A stretch of DNA of 62,613 bases, the filler included, from Deltaproteobacteria bacterium (lineage in GTDB: Bacteria; JAEEML01), in the NCBI GenBank assembly GCA_016283195.1. It is 6 parts of 6 records of this genome, joined end to end, with 100 filler letters (N's around TTAATTAATTAA, not from the genome) between each part and the next. Parts side by side here need not be neighbours in the genome. Positions count along the whole stretch, not along the records: positions 1 to 29,631 come from JAEEML010000168.1; 5 more parts are not named here. One strand, written 5' to 3'. The position numbers were made by a program, and so were the translations under genes. This document shows positions 1-7,087 of this stretch, piece by piece (position 1 is the stretch's first letter; each line of letters opens with the position of its first letter). The notes under the pieces are model-generated. The model did no database searches. It was not told the origin of the DNA and worked only from the letters and a program-made list of their open reading frames with translations.

Positions 1-141
1 GGCCACTGTGTTATAATATGGTGGTGCAGCGGCCGGCGGAGTTTCAATTCACGCCCCCGTGCGGGGGGCGACGGTGCCCATGCTATTGTGGAAGGCTTTG
101 CTTACAATGGTTTCAATTCACGCCCCCGCGCGGGGGGCGAC
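1..141 (-). CRISPR. Type I-C CRISPR array, leader-proximal end (truncated by window start)
   Basis: 32-bp repeats GTTTCAATTCACGCCCCCG(T/C)GCGGGGGGCGAC at 41-72 and 110-141 (minus strand GTCGCCCCCCGC(A/G)CGGGGGCGTGAATTGAAAC, palindromic, ending ATTGAAAC); 37-bp spacer 73-109; bases 1-6 GGCCAC resemble a variant repeat end, giving a 34-bp spacer 7-40. Confidence 0.95.
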
Positions 142-297
142 AGTAGCAAAATAACTAGCTAATATATATAAAGTTTTCAGAGAACTTCCGCGAACCCTAT
201 ATTATGGTCTAGTCACTCACCAATTTCTCCTTATAATACAAGGAAATATTTTTGGCAACTAGCTTATTCTTTGTCTGTTTGCCAAGGGTTCGCGGAA
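142..297 (-). promoter_or_regulatory. CRISPR leader with 13-bp inverted repeat
   Basis: AT-rich region next to first repeat; TTCCGCGAACCCT (186-198) and AGGGTTCGCGGAA (285-297) are exact reverse complements. Confidence 0.8.
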
Positions 298-1394
298 TAA
301 AGTTCTTTCTCGATTTCTTCGATACTTGGCAGAGATGATTTAACCTCCCGTATAATTCGTTCTGTTTCGTATTCAGCAATACCAAGAGGTTGTGTAATAC
401 CTCTCAGTGCATATTTAGCTTTGATATTGCTTTTAGAACGGCATAAAAGTAATCCGATTGTCGGATTATCCTCCGGTGTTTTTATTAGGTCATCAACAGC
501 AGAAATATAAAAATTAAGTTTACTCACAAATTCTGGTATAAATTCAACAGCTTTCAATTCTACCACTACATAACAGTGCAAACGAGTATGGTACATCAAA
601 AGGTCAATATAGTAATCATCTCCATCGACCAGCAAATGATACTGACGTCCTACATAGGCAAATCCTTTACCCATCTCAAGCAAAAAATCATTGATGCGAT
701 TTGTTAGTTGACTTTCAACATCGAGTTCATTTTGACGATCCGATAGTTTTATAAAACCAAAGTTGTAAGGATCCTTAAAAACAGCCTTGGCTAAATCAGA
801 CTGTGGCTCAGGTAAAGTTTCTCCAAAGTTGGTAATAGCTTTGCCAGTTCTCTCATACAAGTTGCTATTTACCTGCATAAGCATTACATCGCGGCTCCAG
901 CCATTACGGACAGTTTCTAAAATATAAAAGGCGCGTTCGCGTTTGTTTTTTACTTTGGAAATAAGCGAAATATGGTGATACCAAGTTATCTTAGTAAGCG
1001 ATATCTCTGTTATTGAACCGTCTTGGCTTAATTTGGCAAGTGGCGCTTGCCGAATTGTAGTATCTTCGTAAGAATCCACAGGTAGTTTCAAAATTGGAAA
1101 ATCTGGGTATTCTTCGGCAAAAATTTTCATCGAACGAAGATTACGCTCTGAGTAGCCGTTATTTTTTCCAAACTCCATCTCCAAATCTATCGAGAGTTGT
1201 TTTATTACATGACTACCCCATCCTTTTTCTTCCTGTACATTTAAAATTTGTCTGCCAATTTCCCAATAATTTTCAAGTGTTTCTGCATTTACATTTAATA
1301 TAGTTCTTAGCTGGCCGGTGTGGATTTGCTTAATTATACTATCTCGCCATGAGAGATAATCAGCTGGAATTTGATCTCTAATAATTGAACTCAC
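264..1394 (-). CDS. yhcG: YhcG/DUF1016 family PD-(D/E)XK nuclease
   Basis: Motifs YWEIG, WG, GYSERNL, WYHH, FKDPY, GFAYVGRQ, IDLLMYH..LHCYVVVELK, NPTIGLLLC; GTG start at 1394 after GAGGTG SD. Confidence 0.9.
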   Translation of the reverse strand: MSSIIRDQIPADYLSWRDSIIKQIHTGQLRTILNVNAETLENYWEIGRQILNVQEEKGWGSHVIKQLSIDLEMEFGKNNGYSERNLRSMKIFAEEYPDFPILKLPVDSYEDTTIRQAPLAKLSQDGSITEISLTKITWYHHISLISKVKNKRERAFYILETVRNGWSRDVMLMQVNSNLYERTGKAITNFGETLPEPQSDLAKAVFKDPYNFGFIKLSDRQNELDVESQLTNRINDFLLEMGKGFAYVGRQYHLLVDGDDYYIDLLMYHTRLHCYVVVELKAVEFIPEFVSKLNFYISAVDDLIKTPEDNPTIGLLLCRSKSNIKAKYALRGITQPLGIAEYETERIIREVKSSLPSIEEIEKELYSANPWQTDKE

Positions 1395-1452
1395 AATACA
1401 CCTCAAAATTTAGCATATCACAATTTTATGATTCAACATATCTGCAAAACTG

Positions 1453-1740
1453 TCAAAACATAAGTACTCCCTGCGGATTTATTGGCTTTTTCTGCCCTAC
1501 ATGCTCAACCCGGTGCTCCCAGTTGGCTCCCAGAGAATAAAAGCGCAGGCTATCATAATCTTTATTGATAGTTTTCAAGAGTTTAGCCTTTAATTCCACC
1601 CACTGCGCCGGATCAACCAGGCACTCAAAGACAGAATATTGCACACGCTGGCCGTAGTTTTCCAAAATTTTGGCTACATGACGCAAACGTTTTTCACCGT
1701 TTTCATCACGGGCCACATCATAGCTAACAAGCATCATCAT
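1453..1740 (-). CDS. cas2: CRISPR-associated endoribonuclease Cas2
   Basis: LVSYDV, RLRHVAK..LENYGQRVQYSVFEC, DSLRFY. Confidence 0.97.
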   Translation of the reverse strand: MMMLVSYDVARDENGEKRLRHVAKILENYGQRVQYSVFECLVDPAQWVELKAKLLKTINKDYDSLRFYSLGANWEHRVEHVGQKKPINPQGVLMF

Positions 1741-1748
1741 AATAGCGC

Positions 1749-2780
1749 CTACTTCCAAATATAAACCGGATATCCATCAATATCTCCGCGCAAATAGCGA
1801 GCCAAGAGGCGCGCTTGCGTGTGAATTAAAATTGCCAAATACATTTTTTCTTCTAGGTATGGATGGGTTAAAACAGTGCTCTTTTTCTCTTGGTACGCTT
1901 TAATGAGGGTTTTTCTGGCCTCCTCGCTCATATTCACTGCTCCGCTTTCAGAGGTCTCAAATTGTTTGGCCGTGACTTCTTTGCGATTAATCAACGAGAG
2001 CACCAATCTGTCAGCATAAAAAGCCCGAAATTCCTCCATCAAATCCAAGGCCAGACTCAATCTTCCCGGCCTATCACGATGTAAAAAGCCGGCTGCAGGG
2101 TCGAGGCCCACAGCTTCCAAGGCGCTAATGGCATCGTGATATAGCAAAGTATAAGTATATGAAAGCATAGCGTTCACATTATCCAGAGGCGGGCGCCGAT
2201 TGCGCGATGTAAAGACAAAATCATCTTTTTGCGCCACAATAAGTTCATCAAAAGCGCTGAAATAACTCTCTGCTGCATCACCCTCTATGCCGCGCAACCT
2301 GTCTAAATCATTTTCTCTTTCTATACTTTTTATGGCACTTGAAAGGCTTAGAATAGCCGCATTTAGTTTTACTTCATCCACTTTGTCTTTGTGGTCACGC
2401 AAAGCACGCTGCAAAACGGTACGCTGATTGAGTATTTTACCGGTAATGAAGTATTTGGCCACCATAGCCGACTCATGCGGATCATCGGATATCTTATATT
2501 GAGCTTTTCTTAGCAAAATGTTTCCGGCCACCGGCCCCTGTATTCTGGCTAAGAATTTACCTGTCTCGGTTAAGTAACTGATGGTTATCGAGTTTTCGGC
2601 GCAGGCACCCAAAAGAAAGGGACTCACAGATACGTTGCCAAAAATCACAATGCTATCAAGAGTAATAAAGGGAATACTGGCCACCGCTTTATCACCAACA
2701 ACTATCTCCACTGCCTGGCCTTTTTTATGCACGTAACTTTTTTGCGTCATTATATATAGTGTGTTCAAAAAACGCTGCAT
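1749..2780 (-). CDS. cas1: Type I-C Cas1 integrase
   Basis: LNTLY, LRGIEG, RNRRPPLDNVNAMLS, GFLHRDRPGR.SLALDLMEEFR; 343 aa. Confidence 0.98.
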   Translation of the reverse strand: MQRFLNTLYIMTQKSYVHKKGQAVEIVVGDKAVASIPFITLDSIVIFGNVSVSPFLLGACAENSITISYLTETGKFLARIQGPVAGNILLRKAQYKISDDPHESAMVAKYFITGKILNQRTVLQRALRDHKDKVDEVKLNAAILSLSSAIKSIERENDLDRLRGIEGDAAESYFSAFDELIVAQKDDFVFTSRNRRPPLDNVNAMLSYTYTLLYHDAISALEAVGLDPAAGFLHRDRPGRLSLALDLMEEFRAFYADRLVLSLINRKEVTAKQFETSESGAVNMSEEARKTLIKAYQEKKSTVLTHPYLEEKMYLAILIHTQARLLARYLRGDIDGYPVYIWK

Positions 2781-2798
2781 AGAAGCCTCCTGGAGTAG

Positions 2799-3437
2799 TT
2801 AAGCAAACTCTGTTTCAAGCTGTTTGGTTGTTTTCTCCAAATAGCTGCTCACCGATTTTTTAGCTCCGGCTGATTTTGGAAAACACTCCTCCAGCAATGA
2901 ACAAGCCTTACAATGCGGCTTGTAACAAGCTTCTGGGGTTATGCCACTATCTATCAGACGATGAAATTCGTGAGCCAAAGCAATAGTCTCGGCCCGTAAT
3001 TCAGCAGTCATGGGCACCAAAATGCGTTTCCTGATTTTAAAATAAAAGAGCGCACCTTGCTCAATAGTTGTGTGTAGCATCTCTTCCAGGCAAATCACCT
3101 GCGCACAAAGCTGCACTTCATTGCTAGTATTATTCTGCGGTTCGCCGTGCTTGTATTCTATGGGTAATATGGTGCCATCTTTATAAAATTCCACCGCATC
3201 GGTTTGGCCGATTAGCCCCAGGGTACTGGAAGCAATTCGCAACGACCTAGCCGTTTTTACTCTTTTGCGTGATTCAAGTAGCCCGCTATGTACCTTTTCA
3301 TGGTCAACTTGCCCACCAGCAGTAAGATAGTTTTCTTTCCAATATTGCTCCATATGGATAAGAGCGCACTGGCGTGGGCAAAAGGAGAGATGTTGCAAGC
3401 CATTTATTTGCAGATAATCAGCTTCTTGGTACATCAA
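2799..3437 (-). CDS. cas4: Cas4 exonuclease
   Basis: LQH..FCPRQ, G..DAVE, PIEYKHG, QLCAQ, C..CSL...C Fe-S cysteines. Confidence 0.96.
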   Translation of the reverse strand: MMYQEADYLQINGLQHLSFCPRQCALIHMEQYWKENYLTAGGQVDHEKVHSGLLESRKRVKTARSLRIASSTLGLIGQTDAVEFYKDGTILPIEYKHGEPQNNTSNEVQLCAQVICLEEMLHTTIEQGALFYFKIRKRILVPMTAELRAETIALAHEFHRLIDSGITPEACYKPHCKACSLLEECFPKSAGAKKSVSSYLEKTTKQLETEFA

Positions 3438-4282
3438 AAAGTTAGAACTTCTGGCTTAAGTCCGCTAAGATCACTCGTTGAAATATCGTAATCATCAGCA
3501 GATTTGGCTTCTTGTACACCATCTTTTTTTGCTATTTTTACGGTGTGATGCACTTTGGCAGCCGAGTATTGACCGGCTTTTGAATCATGCTTCCACCAAA
3601 ATAGCTTGATAACTTCCATACTTCCTTCAGGTCTGGCAGAAGAAGCATCGTTATCAAATATGTGCAAAATAGCTTTTTTAATCTTTTCGGCATCTTCGGC
3701 ACTAAAACCTGTAAGTGCCGCTAGTTGTGGGTTTATGCTTCCATAAGTAACATAGAGACCAAAATCGACACTATGCTTCATGCCCATAGTATCGGAAGCT
3801 TTTTTAGTGCCATCGCCTTCACCACTTACACTTTTGGTAATTTGTAAACTGGTTACATTGATGGCATCAACGCTAAAGGCCGGTTGAATAGTTACCGGTC
3901 CGCGGATACCAACTGAGATACCCTTACCCTCTCCGCCCTTAAAGGCAAAGACTTGGCCAAAGCTACGCACATCAATCCATGTCTCGTTAGCCAGTTTTCG
4001 CAATTCGCTTTCATTCTTTATGGCTTTGCCAAGCATCGCTTCAGCTCTGTTACGCAGAGAACGATATTCGTCATTTCTGTAATCATCTGATTGCACAAAA
4101 ACTTTCTCACCAAAATCCAACAAACGATTTCTTATTTTGCGTTTCAAGCAAACATCAGAGAGCTCTCCATGCCCATCTAATGTCATGCGTGGGATATTAC
4201 CATTAAGCGGGTCTCCGTTTGGGTTTGCATTTTTTACGCTAAACACCAACGCAAAATCAATTTTGTTTTCCAAGGTAGCCAT
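3434..4282 (-). CDS. cas7: Type I-C Cas7/Csd2
   Basis: NANPNGDP, SDVCLKRKIRN, DVRSFG, IRGPV, DTMGMKH, SSARP. Confidence 0.97.
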   Translation of the reverse strand: MATLENKIDFALVFSVKNANPNGDPLNGNIPRMTLDGHGELSDVCLKRKIRNRLLDFGEKVFVQSDDYRNDEYRSLRNRAEAMLGKAIKNESELRKLANETWIDVRSFGQVFAFKGGEGKGISVGIRGPVTIQPAFSVDAINVTSLQITKSVSGEGDGTKKASDTMGMKHSVDFGLYVTYGSINPQLAALTGFSAEDAEKIKKAILHIFDNDASSARPEGSMEVIKLFWWKHDSKAGQYSAAKVHHTVKIAKKDGVQEAKSADDYDISTSDLSGLKPEVLTF

Positions 4283-4283
4283 A

Positions 4284-4682
4284 TTAATCCTCCATATTTT
4301 CTACTGATGGACCATTGGAGCCATCAGATTTTGTTCTAAAACTTTTTAATTGACAGTGGTAACCAAGCAAATATTCTCCGCTTAATGCTTTATCGTTTAT
4401 ATAGTCATCTGTCTTAAATAATGCTGTAATATCTTGAATTTTGCGTTCAAACCACTCTCTTAATCCTGGTTCGAGCTGCTTTTTATAAGCTGGCAGCTTT
4501 TTCTCATAAAGAATTTTCCAAGTTGTAGCAGGCTTGATAGAAAACTGCTGCATATACCTTACAGCATTTGTCTCTCTGCTTTCCTGCATTTTTTGTAAAG
4601 CTGCATTTTCCAGCTGTTGCGCCACAGCAAGCAGCCTGCCATATAAATAGTCCCTGCTGGTTCTGTCTTCTTCCAAGGCCAT
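4284..4682 (-). CDS. cas11: Cas11c small subunit from in-frame internal start within cas8c (132 aa)
   Basis: Strong SD AAGGAGGAG shortly upstream of in-frame ATG (MALEEDRTSRDYLYGRLLA); internal Cas11 translation is established for I-C. Confidence 0.8.
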   Translation of the reverse strand: MALEEDRTSRDYLYGRLLAVAQQLENAALQKMQESRETNAVRYMQQFSIKPATTWKILYEKKLPAYKKQLEPGLREWFERKIQDITALFKTDDYINDKALSGEYLLGYHCQLKSFRTKSDGSNGPSVENMED

Positions 4683-6155
4683 AGTGTACTCCTCCTTGTC
4701 TTTGGTTATTCTGTTATATTTATAAACGGCACAAGCTGTTTCCAGTACTATACTGCGTCTGTAGTTTTCAATAGTTAATAAGTTCGATGCAGATTTTACG
4801 CACTGTGTTTCTAAATCTTGAGGAATCGGATTGCCATCTAAAATGCATGGTAAAATACGAAGTACTGTTTTTTCAACAAGTTTTGCATTTACTTGCTCAC
4901 CATATGCACATTCGGTGATTGTTTTTGGTGATGGTGTACCTGTAGTATGTATTGGTGGAGTTTTTTTCTCTCCTTTTTCCTTTTTCTTTTTTGGCCAATA
5001 GGTTACATCCCATGAGAGCTTGGTATACCAGTTTTCCAAAGCAGCTAAAAAATCTGAATTTTGTAATTCGCGGTATAGTGTTATTGAAACTCGGCCTTGT
5101 CCAGGCGTTGCTTCCTTTATAGCCATAACCATAATGCGCTCTGGGTGTTCAATATTGCCATAATAGCCTTGAAGACGGTTATTAATTGCTTTAGCAAACT
5201 CCAAAGAGGTCTGATAGACTCCTTTTCCGTCTTCCTTTTCTACATCATCGCCATAATCCCAATCCAAGTCAGTACTGCTTGCTGTAAGCGGTGGTATTTT
5301 AGTTCCTGCCTCATTCCAGGTAACTATCGAAAGGCCTTCACCAAGAGCCACACCTTGGCGTTTAATAAGCCAACGCAAAGCCGAGTGAGCCTTTTGAGTT
5401 ATATCTGAGCTTATTTGGCACGCTTCGCTATCATCCAAAAAGCGACCTCTAAAGGTATAATTATTAGTATCGTTTGAAGAAATTATTTTGGCACTACTTC
5501 CGGCATTACGAATTTTTGATGGGTGATAAGCAGCTATTTTAGCCATTTCACCATCAACATAGTCTAAACCTGATTTTCTAATACGCTTTTCTGCATCTTT
5601 GGGGGCAAAATTGGTTTTACAATACTGCTCAAAATCAGACGAATTATAAAAATTTATCCAGCTGGTTTGTATAACAGGATCTTTCCAAAGGCAGGAATCT
5701 TTATCACCTGGTATTTGAACTTCCCAACGAATAAAATCGCTAATATCATCTTGAGATATTTGCGATTTTTCAAGATCCTGAATCAAGGTTTTGGAAGAAA
5801 CATAAGCGAGAACTGCCTTTACTTTTTTGGTTCCGTATTGAGAATTTGCCCAAGCCTCTAAAAGATTTTTATACAAATTGTATTTGGTCTCATTCCCTAC
5901 TACATATTCCAGTTTATCGCACAATGGATAAGCATCAGCTCCACTGGTACGGTTCGAGCAGCTTTCAGTGCAGGGCATAATGGTTACACGATCGGTGTCG
6001 GTTTTCTTTACTAATTCAGCTTTAATAAAGTTTCCATCTCCATCTAACATTATAGTAGCCGAGGCATTGTTGGCCGTGTGAAACATCGGAATTGGTTTAT
6101 CGGCATTTGCCTGTGTGTTATCGTAAACTTTAGCAAGTTCTACTAACCAACTCAT
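4284..6155 (-). CDS. cas8c: Type I-C Cas8c/Csd1 large subunit
   Basis: MSWL..L..YD, RTSG..AYPLCDKLEY, SSND..N.TFRGRF, QKAH.ALRWLI, YLYGRLLA, YLLGY..Q. Confidence 0.96.
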   Translation of the reverse strand: MSWLVELAKVYDNTQANADKPIPMFHTANNASATIMLDGDGNFIKAELVKKTDTDRVTIMPCTESCSNRTSGADAYPLCDKLEYVVGNETKYNLYKNLLEAWANSQYGTKKVKAVLAYVSSKTLIQDLEKSQISQDDISDFIRWEVQIPGDKDSCLWKDPVIQTSWINFYNSSDFEQYCKTNFAPKDAEKRIRKSGLDYVDGEMAKIAAYHPSKIRNAGSSAKIISSNDTNNYTFRGRFLDDSEACQISSDITQKAHSALRWLIKRQGVALGEGLSIVTWNEAGTKIPPLTASSTDLDWDYGDDVEKEDGKGVYQTSLEFAKAINNRLQGYYGNIEHPERIMVMAIKEATPGQGRVSITLYRELQNSDFLAALENWYTKLSWDVTYWPKKKKEKGEKKTPPIHTTGTPSPKTITECAYGEQVNAKLVEKTVLRILPCILDGNPIPQDLETQCVKSASNLLTIENYRRSIVLETACAVYKYNRITKDKEEYTMALEEDRTSRDYLYGRLLAVAQQLENAALQKMQESRETNAVRYMQQFSIKPATTWKILYEKKLPAYKKQLEPGLREWFERKIQDITALFKTDDYINDKALSGEYLLGYHCQLKSFRTKSDGSNGPSVENMED

Positions 6156-6841
6156 TACTCTTCCTCCGACACCAGCGGTTTTTGAGCGTTGTAATCTCTA
6201 ATTTCACGAGTAATCGAACAATTCTCCGGTCTAGGAAATTCGATAATTCCTTTTTCCATTTTTGCCTGCCAAAATCTGGCGATCAGTTTTTTAGTAGCCA
6301 CTTCTGTAGGATAATCAAAACCATGAAACATTAAGCCGTATGAAAACAAATCTTCATTATCATAAAAGCCACTGCCTTCACCAAAATTACATGGTTCAAC
6401 ATAACCCTGGCACTCTCTAGCTCCAAGGAATATGTCACGCCTACCCCCTTTTTCCAATGAACGCCTGGCAATATCAAAGTGTTTGTTTTCGTTTCTGTCT
6501 TTTTCTAAATCCGGGCGTTCTAAGTTCCATTCAAAATGAGCTTTTACTTGATACTCCACATCTTTTAGATATGTATAAACCGAGAGGTCATTACCGCCAC
6601 CACTATATAAAAGAGTCTTTATGTTCTTAGATTCAGTACTGATTTTGTGCATAATGCGAACTTTGTCTACGATCCAAATGATTGTTGGCTTCCAATAAAT
6701 ACTCTGAGTGATGCCCTTTAATGCCTCATATGTAGGAATATGATAAGTATTCTTTTCGCCGCCAATTTTTGTAATCGGATCCGTAAAGAGGGCATATCTG
6801 CCACTTAGCCGATATTCAATACTGTTTTCTTTCACGTTCAT
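6155..6841 (-). CDS. cas5: Type I-C Cas5 (Cas5d), pre-crRNA processing
   Basis: [43 protein letters not shown]. Confidence 0.97.
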   Translation of the reverse strand: MNVKENSIEYRLSGRYALFTDPITKIGGEKNTYHIPTYEALKGITQSIYWKPTIIWIVDKVRIMHKISTESKNIKTLLYSGGGNDLSVYTYLKDVEYQVKAHFEWNLERPDLEKDRNENKHFDIARRSLEKGGRRDIFLGARECQGYVEPCNFGEGSGFYDNEDLFSYGLMFHGFDYPTEVATKKLIARFWQAKMEKGIIEFPRPENCSITREIRDYNAQKPLVSEEE

Positions 6842-6913
6842 CGCTCCATTTTCTAGCCATAGGCAAATGCTTTGCCTTATCTACTTTTCCCGCATTGAGC
6901 GGGAATGCGTTAC

Positions 6914-6942
6914 AATATGTACCAACGCAAAAACTATGTCAA
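6914..6942 (-). promoter_or_regulatory. Sigma70-type promoter of the cas5-cas2 operon
   Basis: Minus strand TTGACA (6942-6937), 17 bp, CATATT (6919-6914). Confidence 0.65.
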
Positions 6943-6948
6943 GCTATT

Positions 6949-6967
6949 ATTTTGACCTTTGACAAAA
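6949..6967 (-). promoter_or_regulatory. Putative Cascade operator (PAM TTT plus 16-nt protospacer) upstream of cas5 promoter
   Basis: Minus strand TTT-TGTCAAAGGTCAAAAT matches the guide at 7017-7002 at 15/16. Confidence 0.75.
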
Positions 6968-6981
6968 GTTTTTCTTCTACA

Positions 6982-7042
6982 TGGCAATCTCGCGATTGCC
7001 AATTTCGACCTTTGACAGTTTCAATTCACGCATCACTGCGAC
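6982..7042 (-). ncRNA. CRISPR-like regulatory RNA unit (solo shortened repeat, 16-nt guide, 3' hairpin)
   Basis: Minus strand GTCGCAGTGATGCGTGAATTGAAAC (last 14 nt identical to array repeat), TGTCAAAGGTCGAAAT, TGGCAATC-GCGA-GATTGCCA. Confidence 0.8.
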
Positions 7043-7087
7043 TAAAAGCCAGTATTTCATACCTACCATAAAAATTCCAGTCCCATT

